64,000 bases of DNA from a virus (lineage: Duplodnaviria > Caudoviricetes), in IMG/VR virus record IMGVR_UViG_3300035499_000517, positions 193,735 through 257,734 of that record. One strand, given 5' to 3'. The first letter of the stretch is position 1. Each line of letters opens with the position of its first letter. Made by a program: the position numbers and the translations under genes. The notes beneath the pieces are model-generated. The model ran no database searches. It saw only the letters and a list, made by a program, of their open reading frames with translations, and was not told where the DNA came from. This document shows positions 20,480 through 30,965 of the stretch, piece by piece.

Positions 20480-21387
20480 ATGGTATTGGAGTTGGTATTG
20501 CCGGATTTCATGTTCGGTATATGCCAGAAATAGTCGAGCAGGGATTCCTGTATAAGGTATACCCTCCTCTTTACAGAATTGCAGATACTGAGCATCCGTT
20601 TATTGGTAATAGAATGGAGCTTGCGGAAATCTGTATGAAGAAGATTGTCAAGTTCTATAAGGTACGCCTTAATTACCCGAAGTCTGATTATATGAATAAG
20701 TCAGATTTGTGGCAGTTCCTTTATGACACAATTGACTATCTTTCCACAATTAAAGAGCTTTATGATTTCTATAAGATTGATCGTGGACTCATTGAAGTTG
20801 TGATTGCAGGACTCGTTATCTTTGGTGGTATTACCGAAAAGAAGATGGTAGTTCCTGGAACGAATACAACAAGTCATCTTCTCATTGAGAAGAAGTTAAG
20901 TGAGTCTGGATTTGTTCGTGATTTCATGAAGTTTGTACAGAAGAAATATCCAGAAGTAAATCTGGAGAAGAATGTAATCAAAGGTGTTGTAAATGGTGGC
21001 GTTGTTCGTCTCCACATCAATCAGAGATTTGTTAATAAGATCAATGACCTTGTACCAGTTGTACAGAAATATGGTTATGAAGTCTTCAGTAAAGAGAAAG
21101 ATGCGGAAGAGCAGAAGCTTACCATTATGGAGTTCTTAGACAGAACATCAAGACTTACACCAAAGATTATGACACGTTTCAAAGGATTAGGAGAGGCCGA
21201 TGCAGATCAGCTTTGGGATACTACATTAAATCCGGAGAAGCGTAGTTTAGTAAGACTTACATTTGGAGACATCGAACGAGATATCGAGATCTTTAACAAG
21301 TTAAAGTCCGACAAACCAGCTTATCAGAAACAACGAAAAGCGATGTTTGAAGGATATAAGATTCGTCGTGATGATCTTGATAATTAA
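20480..21387 (+). CDS. gyrB: topoisomerase subunit B, exon 3
   Basis: RYMPEIVEQGFLY, PPLY, RFKGLGE, LWDTTLNP; spliced product 843 aa. Confidence 0.9.
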
Positions 21388-21401
21388 GGGAGGTGTTTAA
21401 A

Positions 21402-21800
21402 ATGGCAAGATATACAAGAGAACAACTTATAATACTTCATAGACTTTATCTCGCTCCCACGAATTCTCAGATTAAATTAGGGGTCATTTATCATGACCCC
21501 TCTGGGAGCTTGGAACCATTACAATATGACACAGATCGTAAAGCAGACGATCCGAAGATTATTGTTCCAAAGAAATATTTACGTGTAGATACAGACTTGA
21601 CGTTGTATCCACAGTATGCAATCGATAACTTCCCGAAAGGGCCAATGGATGCATTTTTGATTTATACATTATCTACTAGAGCAGGAGAAGATGGTGGATA
21701 CGAAGGGTATTCTACAATCATCGTCTGTGTTGCAAAAGGTATAAAAGATGACTTGAAGATTGATCATTTATCAGATCATTCTGACATGCCGCTTCGTTAG
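21402..21800 (+). CDS. hypothetical protein between gyrB and gyrA
   Basis: RBS GGGAGGT, ATG at 21402. Confidence 0.75.
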   Translation: MARYTREQLIILHRLYLAPTNSQIKLGVIYHDPSGSLEPLQYDTDRKADDPKIIVPKKYLRVDTDLTLYPQYAIDNFPKGPMDAFLIYTLSTRAGEDGGYEGYSTIIVCVAKGIKDDLKIDHLSDHSDMPLR

Positions 21801-21815
21801 GGAGGTGATTGAAAA

Positions 21816-24209
21816 ATGGCGAAGAAAAAAGTAAATAAAGACGTTGCAAATATGAAGCATAAAGAAGCAAACGAACGGAATGTCGCAGACATTTCAGAAG
21901 AGTGGCTTCTTATATTTGGTGCAAATGTAAATATTGCAAGAATGTCACCAAATATGATTGATGGATTAAAACCAGTAGCAAGAAGAGCATTATATGCACT
22001 TCATACAAATCCGAATCATGGTCTGGTGTTTCGAAAGGTAGCGAGAGCTTCCGCTGATACAATTGCGTTTCATCCTCATGGAGATACGTCAGTATCAGAT
22101 ACAATTTATAACATGGGCTCAAGTTGGGCACAGAATATCATGTATGTAGACCCGCAGGGAAACTTTGGAAATGTACGAGGCGATGCTCCGGCACATCCAC
22201 GTTATCCTGAGGTAAGATTGAGTAGAGCTGCAAACTGGATCTTCTTCAGTGATCTGAAAGATTCCAATGTCCCAATGAGACCTACTTATGATGGAGATAG
22301 TGTAGAGCCGGATTACTTACCTGCTCGTATTCCAACGATCCTTTGTAATCCACAGTTCTCAGGAATTGGCATTGGACTTGCAACAAATATTCCACCGTTT
22401 AATCCGACGGAAGTCTGTAAAGCAACGATCAAGCTAATCAAAGATCCAAACGCAAAGATTCTTCTGATTCCGGATTCTCCGACAGGATGTGATATTGTAG
22501 ATACTGGAAACTTTGAAGCATTGAATGAGTTTGGTGATGATGTCACATTAACAATGCAGGCAACTTATGAGATTGACTACATTGAAAATGTCATCACTGT
22601 AACATCTTTACCGCTTCAGATTTCTGTAGAGCAGGTCATCAAAGCTGTGGTAGATGCAAGAAAAGCAAAGAATGGAGATTTGGACGGACTGATTGATATT
22701 CACGATAATACCGCAGAAGACAGAGTAGAGCTTAAGTTCTTACTTAAGAAGGATGAGAATCCAGATGAGTTCGTTGAAAAGCTTATGAAGAAGCGTACGA
22801 ACTTAAAGAAGTCTTATGCAGTAGAGATTCGTTGTATCGAAGATCTTCAGTCAAAAGTATTTGGTACAAAGGCACTTCTTTTGGAGTGGATTGAGTACCG
22901 GAGAGAATGTGTCAGGGCAATCTACAATAAGAAGCTCATGGATGCATTATCCGAACATCATATGAACGAAGTCTTCTTGTTTGTATTCAATGGAGAGAAT
23001 ATCTCTAAGACAATCAAGATTGCAAAGAGTGCAAGAAACCGAGAAGACATGGAAAAGAACTTCATGAAAGAGTACGGAATCACATCACTTCAGGCAAAGA
23101 CTCTTGCGGCAATGCGTACTTACCAGTATTCCAAGGATGCCTATGCTGGATACAAAGAGCGTAAGAAAGAGCTCGAAGCAAACATCAAAGAGTTCACAGA
23201 GATTCTGGAAGATGACGCTGCTGTTGATGAAGTCATCATCGGACAATTAGAAGAAGCAATCAAACTTTTCTGTGGTCCGAGAAGATCCCAGGTGATCAAA
23301 GCTGGAAAGGTAAAAGAGAAGATTCCGAATACAAAACATCTGATTGGAATCAGTAAAGATGGATATATCAAGAAGCTTGACATTACAGGATCTCCATCCA
23401 TTGGAACTGTAGGAAAGACTTCTCAGGTAATCGTTACAGTGATTTCAAACAGAGATAACTTGTTGATCTTCGATTCTTCAGGAAGAATTAGTCGTGTCGG
23501 TGTATCATCAATTCCAGTAATGGATAAAGATGATCCAGGAATTGAGTTATCCAGATACTTCAAAGCAACTGGAGAACCAATTGCAATCATAAACGAGCAT
23601 GACATGATGGAATCAACAGAAGATATCATTCTGGTTACCGCAAATGGTATTGGTAAACGTGTCAAGATGTCTGAGTTTGCAAAGATCAAAGATTTTAAGG
23701 AATCCATTACATTAAATGATGGAGATTCTTTGGTTGCAGCAATTCCGGCAGGAGATGAGGAGTTTATCATCTATACAAACTTTGGTGATGGAATCCGTTT
23801 GAAAGCTGGAGATATCAAGAGACAAAGCAAGGATGCAAAAGGATTAAGCTTAATTACTTTGCGTGCAAATGAAAAGGTTGTTGGAATTGACTTCTTGGAG
23901 AAAGGGTGTGATAAGTTGCTTTACATCACATCTGCAGGAAGAATGAAGATGACTGAAGGAAAGTTACTTCCACTTATGAATCGAAGGGATGAACCGTTAT
24001 CATTAATTGGATTGGATGCAAACGAGTACCTGGTTGGTGTAAGTTTTGTATCGAAGAAAGATACGGTAAAGGTTTACCGGAGAAAGTCTGAACCAGTTGA
24101 AGTGAAGCTTAAGGATGTACCAGTGACAACACGGGTAGCAAAAGCTGAAAAGATGGTAAAGACACCAAAGGGAGATACCGTAACTGGATTTACGATTATT
24201 CGTGGTTAA
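21816..24209 (+). CDS. gyrA: type IIA topoisomerase subunit A
   Basis: DGLKPVARR, HPHGD, QGNFG, PRY catalytic Tyr, GIGIGLATNIPP, C-terminal beta-pinwheel blades. Confidence 0.92.
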   Translation: MAKKKVNKDVANMKHKEANERNVADISEEWLLIFGANVNIARMSPNMIDGLKPVARRALYALHTNPNHGLVFRKVARASADTIAFHPHGDTSVSDTIYNMGSSWAQNIMYVDPQGNFGNVRGDAPAHPRYPEVRLSRAANWIFFSDLKDSNVPMRPTYDGDSVEPDYLPARIPTILCNPQFSGIGIGLATNIPPFNPTEVCKATIKLIKDPNAKILLIPDSPTGCDIVDTGNFEALNEFGDDVTLTMQATYEIDYIENVITVTSLPLQISVEQVIKAVVDARKAKNGDLDGLIDIHDNTAEDRVELKFLLKKDENPDEFVEKLMKKRTNLKKSYAVEIRCIEDLQSKVFGTKALLLEWIEYRRECVRAIYNKKLMDALSEHHMNEVFLFVFNGENISKTIKIAKSARNREDMEKNFMKEYGITSLQAKTLAAMRTYQYSKDAYAGYKERKKELEANIKEFTEILEDDAAVDEVIIGQLEEAIKLFCGPRRSQVIKAGKVKEKIPNTKHLIGISKDGYIKKLDITGSPSIGTVGKTSQVIVTVISNRDNLLIFDSSGRISRVGVSSIPVMDKDDPGIELSRYFKATGEPIAIINEHDMMESTEDIILVTANGIGKRVKMSEFAKIKDFKESITLNDGDSLVAAIPAGDEEFIIYTNFGDGIRLKAGDIKRQSKDAKGLSLITLRANEKVVGIDFLEKGCDKLLYITSAGRMKMTEGKLLPLMNRRDEPLSLIGLDANEYLVGVSFVSKKDTVKVYRRKSEPVEVKLKDVPVTTRVAKAEKMVKTPKGDTVTGFTIIRG

Positions 24210-24216
24210 AAGAAGA

Positions 24217-24253
24217 AAGAAGCGTGACTAGAAATGGTTGCGCTTCTTTTTTT
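24217..24253 (+). terminator. intrinsic terminator
   Basis: AAAGAAGCGTGACT/GGTTGCGCTTCTTT stem plus T run. Confidence 0.75.
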
Positions 24254-24271
24254 ATCCCAAGAAATCGAAAA

Positions 24272-24283
24272 TACATTTCTTTA
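24272..24283 (+). promoter_or_regulatory. late-type promoter TACA-N6-TA
   Basis: Upstream of 24318. Confidence 0.5.
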
Positions 24284-24317
24284 AGCAAGAACAAACCAAA
24301 GGAAGGAGGAAATCCTT

Positions 24318-25241
24318 ATGGATGGTGACCTAGAAAAGTTATTTGATAATACGGGTAATAATATAAATGAATCTGTAGAAACGGAGGTAGAAGGCGTGAG
24401 CGCTATAAAAGAAGATGGTCAGGCAGTCGGAGCTATGCTTCCGGTTACTGCGCCTGATGAAGTTTATGAGAAGAATATTCTTACAACAGAAGCAGTCGAT
24501 AACGAATATGATTCTCTTAAATTAAAGAAAGAGGAAAAAGAAAAGGCAACAAACCAGCAGCTGGACTCATCAAAATCTGAGTCTAAGCCGGATGCTGCTC
24601 CAAAGAATGAAGCATCTCCTTTAGCAAAGGAATATAAGGAGAATGCTGAAGAGATCGAGCAGCTTATGAAAGAATGTGGAATGAAGACTTCTTATGAGCC
24701 GGTATTTGAAGAGGGCAATGAAGCTGCAATCTTTGAAGATGGTGATGAAGCATTTACTGAGGGTGGAGATCGTCACATCGATGATGACATCAAGCCAATG
24801 ATCGATAAGCTCAACGAAAAGGGTTATAAGACTATGGCTTCTTGTTCTGGACATCCATCATCAAGATCGAAATCCGACCGGTACCGTGACGGTGTAAAGT
24901 ATGGAAAGCTTTACTCCACTGCGCGTGTTGTATTTGATAAGATCTATGACTTCCCGAATGTACCGGATGGCTGGTCAAAGAAAGTTATGAAGGATGATAA
25001 CCGTGTCGGCATTTATGTTGATCCACCTTCATTTAAAATTATTAATGGACTTCCGGAGAAGCAGTATACGAATTGGAAACGTCGTTACATGGCTGCTCTT
25101 GAGAAGTGGGTTAATGATCTTCCAAAAGAAGGAGAGACAAAAGAGGATGACAATTCAGATATTGCTCTTGAGTCTGTTCTTAATGACCTTACAACAGATG
25201 CCCTTGTTGGTCAGGGTTATGGTGAATCTTATACAGATTAA
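24318..25241 (+). CDS. putative internal head protein with acidic propeptide and TYW3-like domain
   Basis: IDDDIKPMIDKLNEKGYKTMASCSGH; FEE/FED/FTE motifs just before it. Confidence 0.5.
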   Translation: MDGDLEKLFDNTGNNINESVETEVEGVSAIKEDGQAVGAMLPVTAPDEVYEKNILTTEAVDNEYDSLKLKKEEKEKATNQQLDSSKSESKPDAAPKNEASPLAKEYKENAEEIEQLMKECGMKTSYEPVFEEGNEAAIFEDGDEAFTEGGDRHIDDDIKPMIDKLNEKGYKTMASCSGHPSSRSKSDRYRDGVKYGKLYSTARVVFDKIYDFPNVPDGWSKKVMKDDNRVGIYVDPPSFKIINGLPEKQYTNWKRRYMAALEKWVNDLPKEGETKEDDNSDIALESVLNDLTTDALVGQGYGESYTD

Positions 25242-25315
25242 TCAACCAACTTACAAAATTACTAAACAGAGTGATTCAAAGCGAGTCACTCTGTTTTTCA
25301 TACCTGAAATTCATT

Positions 25316-25329
25316 TATATATTATCTAT
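25316..25329 (+). promoter_or_regulatory. early-type promoter core TATATATTATCTAT
   Basis: Identical to core at 16487. Confidence 0.6.
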
Positions 25330-25364
25330 ATAGAGAATGGATAAATAACTACAAAGGAGGATAA

Positions 25365-25697
25365 TTGATGAGTAAGAAAGACAAAGATCCCGATGATTAT
25401 TGTAAGGGAGGCATTCTCACAAATCGCGCATTAGATTTTGCATCTGTGTGCTTAAGCTCGTATTTAGAGAACTATAAACTTCTTAATTATGATCCTCGTA
25501 TCACGTATGAGAAGAGAGAAAAAGCAATTAAGAAAGTAAGAAAGGGGGTTGAGAAAATTGATGAAGGGAAGTTAAAGAAAGTATTCGTAATGGAAGAACT
25601 CGCAAGACATGCACCGATGATAGAGAAAGATGCGTTATCTTACAATGCATCTCTCAAAGAAAAGGATGAGATTGGTCTCGGTGGTTTTTATGGCTAA
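25365..25697 (+). CDS. hypothetical protein
   Basis: RBS AAAGGAGG. Confidence 0.8.
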   Translation: MMSKKDKDPDDYCKGGILTNRALDFASVCLSSYLENYKLLNYDPRITYEKREKAIKKVRKGVEKIDEGKLKKVFVMEELARHAPMIEKDALSYNASLKEKDEIGLGGFYG

Positions 25698-26166
25698 ACG
25701 TAAATTCTATATTTTCTACAAGGTAAAAATACATGAGCCAGTGGAGATTTATGCATTCACAGAGAATGCACCACTTGCCCATGCATTTGCAACAAGTCGG
25801 AATATGGATATCTTTATGATGCGTGAAAAACGTTTCGATGATTTAATGGCCCGACAATTCGCATTTGACAATAGTGACAAAATGCTTTTCTGGAACATCT
25901 TATCCGACCGTGAAAAATCTTATGAAGTACCAACTACGTATTCAGAAGATTATAAGATCGGATATCGATGTGATCAAATATTCGATGAGTCCATGGAGCT
26001 TCAAAAGCAACTTCTAAATATTCCATTCACGGAAGATATTCGAGAAGCTCTGGACTTTATTTCTGATGATATGAAAGCAATCTACGATAATAAAGATTCT
26101 AAGGTAGGTCCTTTCAATACATTCCAAATATTCTTAGATCTCTTTGGGGAGACAGTTTTGAAATAA
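25690..26166 (+). CDS. hypothetical protein, paralog of 2..604
   Basis: IYAFTE...F...RNMDIF motif. Confidence 0.8.
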   Translation: MAKRKFYIFYKVKIHEPVEIYAFTENAPLAHAFATSRNMDIFMMREKRFDDLMARQFAFDNSDKMLFWNILSDREKSYEVPTTYSEDYKIGYRCDQIFDESMELQKQLLNIPFTEDIREALDFISDDMKAIYDNKDSKVGPFNTFQIFLDLFGETVLK

Positions 26167-26225
26167 TAGAAACCGTCTAACCAAAAAATAAATCCAATTG
26201 ACAAAATTTAAGGAGGAAAAATAAA

Positions 26226-27107
26226 ATGAGCAAAAAGAAGAATTCCTTCAGCAAGATGCTGAAGGAGCATGAAAAGAAAGTCTTGGTAAAGATTAACGGC
26301 GAGGAGAGAAAGCTGACAGATCTCTCAAAGGAGTCTGTAGATGGCATCGTTGCAACATCGATCGATTCAGTGGTGCCGGTATCTGTAACAGAGGCAGTAG
26401 AGGCGGCAAACGGTAATGCTGCTGGTGGTCTTGTTGTAGATACTTCCTATGCACAGACCGCTTGGTCACTTTATGAGAACGCTCTGAAGTTCTCTGGTGC
26501 AAAGCAGACCATGCTTCTCATCTCTCCAATTGCAGACATCGAGGAGATTCTCGAAGGAATGTCTGATGAGCTGGAACCGCTTTATGCAAGAACCAATCTT
26601 CAGTTGGTAATGGATTCCATTCCGGAGAAGTCTTGGAAGCGTTTAAAGAAGTGGGCAGCTGAGCCGGCGCAGTATCCGGATATGTTCGTTCTTCGAATTC
26701 CGAATCTGGTACTGTTTACCAATTCTATTAAGAAAGGCGTTGCAACAGAGGCAAGATCTTTTGATCTCGTGATTTGCTTCGTAGCAACCGAAAAGAATCT
26801 GCGCAAGCTTGCAAAGAAGGCTCCGGATATCTTCGAGGAGAGTGTAAAGTTTGCAGTAGAGAAGACTGTTTCCGTATTAAAGGATTTCGGATCCAGCTCC
26901 GTTCATGTTGAGATTGATTCGAAGTTCATGGGCGATGACCCGTACGGATATGCAAAGATCTGGGGCAAGATCTTAAATGACTCGGTATCTAAGAAAGATA
27001 TCTTAACCAGAATCGTATTCTGTACAACAGATTCCGATACGCTGGTTTCCTTCAGCAATGAGATTGCTCGTTCATTCGCGCAGTCTTTCTGGAAAGTTGA
27101 AGATTAA
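26226..27107 (+). CDS. hypothetical protein, possibly degenerate macrodomain (bacterial PARG-like)
   Basis: LYARTNL, IPNLVLF, FDLVICF, FMGDDP..YAKIW, RIVFC. Confidence 0.4.
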   Translation: MSKKKNSFSKMLKEHEKKVLVKINGEERKLTDLSKESVDGIVATSIDSVVPVSVTEAVEAANGNAAGGLVVDTSYAQTAWSLYENALKFSGAKQTMLLISPIADIEEILEGMSDELEPLYARTNLQLVMDSIPEKSWKRLKKWAAEPAQYPDMFVLRIPNLVLFTNSIKKGVATEARSFDLVICFVATEKNLRKLAKKAPDIFEESVKFAVEKTVSVLKDFGSSSVHVEIDSKFMGDDPYGYAKIWGKILNDSVSKKDILTRIVFCTTDSDTLVSFSNEIARSFAQSFWKVED

Positions 27108-27165
27108 AAAGAGTTAAGTGTTGCCTGGAAACCATCTGGGCAACACTCCTTTTAGGAGGAGAATA

Positions 27166-29232
27166 ATGGTAGATATCAACAAAGAAGTACCTCGCATTAA
27201 GACTGTCGAACAGTTGCGAGAATATTTAAACCCGATTTATCAGATTGATAAATATACGACATCCCCAAAGGAATATGAATCATTCATTACTCGTATTTGG
27301 AATATCGTGCGGGGATGTATTGACATTGAAGAATGTCGTGAATATCCGGTTACCTTTAAATTTACAGAGGGAGGAAAGAAGTATAAAGTAGAGCTTCGTT
27401 TATTCCTCGATAACATCTGTATTTGGTATCCTTTTTCGTTACTTGGTGATCTTGATTTCATGGATGATTCTTTTATCATTCAACCAGAACAGACACCAAA
27501 GGTAAATGATTTTATTAACGAACACATCTTGACGGTACTCCGTAAGTATCACGTCAAGAATATTGATATTAACAAATTCTGTGCAAAGACAACGGCTTAT
27601 GTTGCTGCTGTTAGTACAGACTTTTCGATCATCATGGGACTTCATTACGATGAAAGTACCTTCCAGCAGATGTATATGGATCCCGAATATCGGGAGATGA
27701 TCAATACAAAATTCGAAGGAACCGAGCAGCCAGCTGAGATTGAAGATAAACTTCATCAGGTGCAGGTTCGTTTTATTGAGAAAATTCGAAATGACAAGAA
27801 TAATCCAATCTCTGTTCTGATTCGTTCAGGTACAGGATTAAAAGAGAAGCAGCTTGTAGAGTTTATGATTATGGTAGGTATGCGACCGACTCTTAATAAT
27901 GAGATCGTAACTTACCCAATCAACAACGGGCTTCTTATTGATGGATTAGATCGTCCGTCCTATATGTATATTGATGCATTAGGTGCAAGAAAACCTGTCC
28001 TCGCAAATAATAAAGAGATGGGCCCTGTAGGTTACTTCTGTAAGACCCTAAACCTTGCAGTTCGTAGCTTAGAGATTTGGACAAAGGAATACAACTGTGG
28101 AACAGACTTCACAGTTACGTATGAAATCAAGTCTCACAAGCACTTAAATCTTCTTCGTGGGAAATATATGTATGATGAAGATATGGATGATTTTAAGCTT
28201 GTCGATACAAAGAATTCAAAATTGGTGGGTAAGAAGATTAAGGTTCGTTCTGCAGTGACTTGTTGCTGTGGACAGAATCGTGTATGCCCGGTTTGTGTAG
28301 GAGAGATCGTAAATTACAATTACGATATCGCAAAGGGATTCTCAGTTTTTATTACAGAGCAGTGGTCAAAGGATGTTGAACAGAATGTCTTATCGACGAA
28401 ACATCTTCTGATTACAAAGTCTGAACGTATCGAGTTCTCAGATGCTTTCAACAAGAACTTCAAGTTGGAGGGTGAAGAGATTAAGTTACTGGATGGAATT
28501 AAGAATGCGAAAGAGCTTGCAATCTTTATCGAGCCTGATGAGATTAAGAAAGTAGAAGAGCTCGATCCAAACTCCACTTATAATACTTACATTGATACGG
28601 GAAGATTCTACATTGTAAATACAAAGACTGGTGAGATGACTGAGGCTTCTGTATTGAATGGAAAGAAGATCTATATCAGATCTGAAACTTCTACAATACT
28701 GGAGGCAAATAATGGTTATATTCCTCTGAAAGATATTGATGAGGATCAACCAATCTTTGAGATCTCCATTAATAACAACCCGCTTACCAAGCCATTTTAT
28801 GACCTCATTGCTCTCCTTGATTCTGAGAAGCGTGAGGATATGGACGAAGTTACGATTGATACGATTAGTCAGAAACTCCTTGACATATTCGTAGAAGGTA
28901 ACATGAATGTACCGGTTGCTGCTGGTGAGATTGTGTTAAATCGTCTCTGTCGCAAACCGAATAACGTACAAAAACGTCCAAACTTTGGTCGTACGAGATT
29001 ACCGGATTACAAGTTCTATGGACTTACCAAGGTCGTTGAGAATAATGAGTCAGTAACAACTGGTATGACATTTGAGCAGCTGGAACGTCAGATGACAAAT
29101 CTCGATATCTCTAAGAGAAACGGTACTGGATACTTCGATCCAATGTTTAAAGAATGGATCGATATGAGTCCACTTCATAAATACCGTGAGGAGATTGAGG
29201 CCGAGAAGGCTGCTGGCACTTACGAAGGTTAA
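27166..29232 (+). CDS. phage multisubunit RNA polymerase beta-prime C-terminal subunit
   Basis: Bridge helix ARK...GY, CGT, RSAVTC...VCPVCVG Zn site, trigger-loop-like QNVLSTKH; no NADFDGD, so beta-prime is split. Confidence 0.85.
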   Translation: MVDINKEVPRIKTVEQLREYLNPIYQIDKYTTSPKEYESFITRIWNIVRGCIDIEECREYPVTFKFTEGGKKYKVELRLFLDNICIWYPFSLLGDLDFMDDSFIIQPEQTPKVNDFINEHILTVLRKYHVKNIDINKFCAKTTAYVAAVSTDFSIIMGLHYDESTFQQMYMDPEYREMINTKFEGTEQPAEIEDKLHQVQVRFIEKIRNDKNNPISVLIRSGTGLKEKQLVEFMIMVGMRPTLNNEIVTYPINNGLLIDGLDRPSYMYIDALGARKPVLANNKEMGPVGYFCKTLNLAVRSLEIWTKEYNCGTDFTVTYEIKSHKHLNLLRGKYMYDEDMDDFKLVDTKNSKLVGKKIKVRSAVTCCCGQNRVCPVCVGEIVNYNYDIAKGFSVFITEQWSKDVEQNVLSTKHLLITKSERIEFSDAFNKNFKLEGEEIKLLDGIKNAKELAIFIEPDEIKKVEELDPNSTYNTYIDTGRFYIVNTKTGEMTEASVLNGKKIYIRSETSTILEANNGYIPLKDIDEDQPIFEISINNNPLTKPFYDLIALLDSEKREDMDEVTIDTISQKLLDIFVEGNMNVPVAAGEIVLNRLCRKPNNVQKRPNFGRTRLPDYKFYGLTKVVENNESVTTGMTFEQLERQMTNLDISKRNGTGYFDPMFKEWIDMSPLHKYREEIEAEKAAGTYEG

Positions 29233-29235
29233 ATA

Positions 29236-29270
29236 AAAGGAGGGAGTTTTATAATTCCCTCTTTTTTTTT
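29236..29270 (+). terminator. intrinsic terminator
   Basis: GAGGGAGT/ATTCCCTC stem plus T9. Confidence 0.75.
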
Positions 29271-29285
29271 ATTTGGAGAAACGAT

Positions 29286-29513
29286 ATGAAACTATATGAA
29301 TTTTATAAAAAGAATAAGAAAAGGGCAGAATCCAGGATTACATCGGTAGTCAAGAAGGATGTAAAGTGTGGGATTGCATCAGCATTAATGATTGGTGGTA
29401 CTCTCATCATTGGTGGAGGTGTGACCGTTGAAGATCCAAAATCGATTTTATTCGGTGGAATCTGTGTTATTATTGGATTTTTTATTTTCTTATTTCTTAT
29501 ATGGAGTGATTAA
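29286..29513 (+). CDS. small two-TM membrane protein
   Basis: Two hydrophobic segments. Confidence 0.7.
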   Translation: MKLYEFYKKNKKRAESRITSVVKKDVKCGIASALMIGGTLIIGGGVTVEDPKSILFGGICVIIGFFIFLFLIWSD

Positions 29514-29515
29514 AT

Positions 29516-30181
29516 ATGAAGAAAATATTTAAGTTTTATAGCAAGAATTGGTTTGATGTGAACGTATTAATTTCACTTGTATTTTTCCTAATAGGAATTT
29601 TGGTAGCATCCGTTGGTGTAGTTGAAGAAAACAGAGTTGAGTTATTAATAGCAGCTGCATGTTTTATTGCTGCCTTACTTTTTTTCCTCATGGCAAAGAC
29701 TGATAATCCTTTTGTCAAAGGATTTAAAGATCCAACCAAGACAAAGGAAGAAAAAATAAAGGAAAGATTTCGCAATCCTGAACATGCATTATACACATTA
29801 ACAAGACTTCAGGATGTTGAGAAAGAGATATCGAGATTAGAGGAGTTGTATGAAGAAAGCTTGGAAGCTGATGAACCAAGTTTTACAGCTATTGTAGGAA
29901 AACCATCCCCTGATCTTAATTTACAAGATGCATTTGCACATAAGGATAGAATCAACAGGGTCTCAGCTCGATTTATAACACATTTTAGTGAGGGTGCCAC
30001 CGATGCTAGATATATCCCAGAAGCATACTTAGTAATGAATGTGAAACCAGCAGAATACTGGATGAAACTTTCCAATTATTGCAGGGAGATGTCTAATTAT
30101 CTTGAAAATAAGGATAGGAAAAAGATTGAAGAATTAAAGGAAGAAGAGAAAAACCTAAAGGCAATTCTTCTTCTTAAGTGA
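29516..30181 (+). CDS. membrane protein (two N-terminal TM) with coiled coil
   Basis: Hydrophobic N-terminus. Confidence 0.75.
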   Translation: MKKIFKFYSKNWFDVNVLISLVFFLIGILVASVGVVEENRVELLIAAACFIAALLFFLMAKTDNPFVKGFKDPTKTKEEKIKERFRNPEHALYTLTRLQDVEKEISRLEELYEESLEADEPSFTAIVGKPSPDLNLQDAFAHKDRINRVSARFITHFSEGATDARYIPEAYLVMNVKPAEYWMKLSNYCREMSNYLENKDRKKIEELKEEEKNLKAILLLK

Positions 30182-30196
30182 TTGGAGAAGTGAAGT

Positions 30197-30910
30197 ATGG
30201 ATAAGATTGTAATTTATAAGCCTACAAAATTACAGAATGGTCGGTACACAGAGAACCAATATTCCATGCTGTATTGTATGGGCTTTGAATCAATTGATGA
30301 AATCAAAGATGTGATTGAACGAAATGAACTCGGTGAAGTTACTGATATTTTAAAGGATTTGACTTTACCAAAAAAAGATAAGGATAAGTATCCGTATTCA
30401 GGATATATTAATCCGTCTTGTTGTGCATACGTTATGCGACTGGATGATGAATACAGAATGCTTCAATCTGTAGATTTCAGTTATCTGGATTTCCGGAGAC
30501 ATCTTGATAAGAAATTTCGAAAGACTGATATTATATCATCAAATTTCCCAAAGATCAGTAAGAATGATCTAAAACCAATTTCTTTACATTGTAATTATCC
30601 ACTTTATATAACGAACTTTGTGGCTTCACCAACTAGCATCACCCCGGCTGATCTCGTTGATCAGATCTATCAGTTTGCAAAGACAAATAGATCTCTTACA
30701 ACACGAGACGTGTTTATTTCCAATGGTGGGAATATCCCTTATCTTAGAGAAGTTGATAGACTTTATCGGGAGAAATTTTCGAAGCCACCACTATTCTACG
30801 CTAATTTTGGCACGGATCATAGTGAATATTTTAGTGTAAAGATGAGTATTCATAATTCGGCCATTGTGTTGAATGAACTTGACCGATGGTATGGCAGGAA
30901 GTTATTTTAA
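30197..30910 (+). CDS. hypothetical protein
   Basis: 237-aa ORF with RBS. Confidence 0.75.
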   Translation: MDKIVIYKPTKLQNGRYTENQYSMLYCMGFESIDEIKDVIERNELGEVTDILKDLTLPKKDKDKYPYSGYINPSCCAYVMRLDDEYRMLQSVDFSYLDFRRHLDKKFRKTDIISSNFPKISKNDLKPISLHCNYPLYITNFVASPTSITPADLVDQIYQFAKTNRSLTTRDVFISNGGNIPYLREVDRLYREKFSKPPLFYANFGTDHSEYFSVKMSIHNSAIVLNELDRWYGRKLF

Positions 30911-30965
30911 TTTCTAATATAAGAAAAACGTAAAAGTTAAGAAAAAAATAAAGGTGGTGAAGTAG

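Noticed and set aside
17217-21387. gyrB, terL and dnaB appear fragmented as pseudogenes, frameshifts or inteins
   Set aside because: Group I intron cores and exact frame-restoring junctions explain every break
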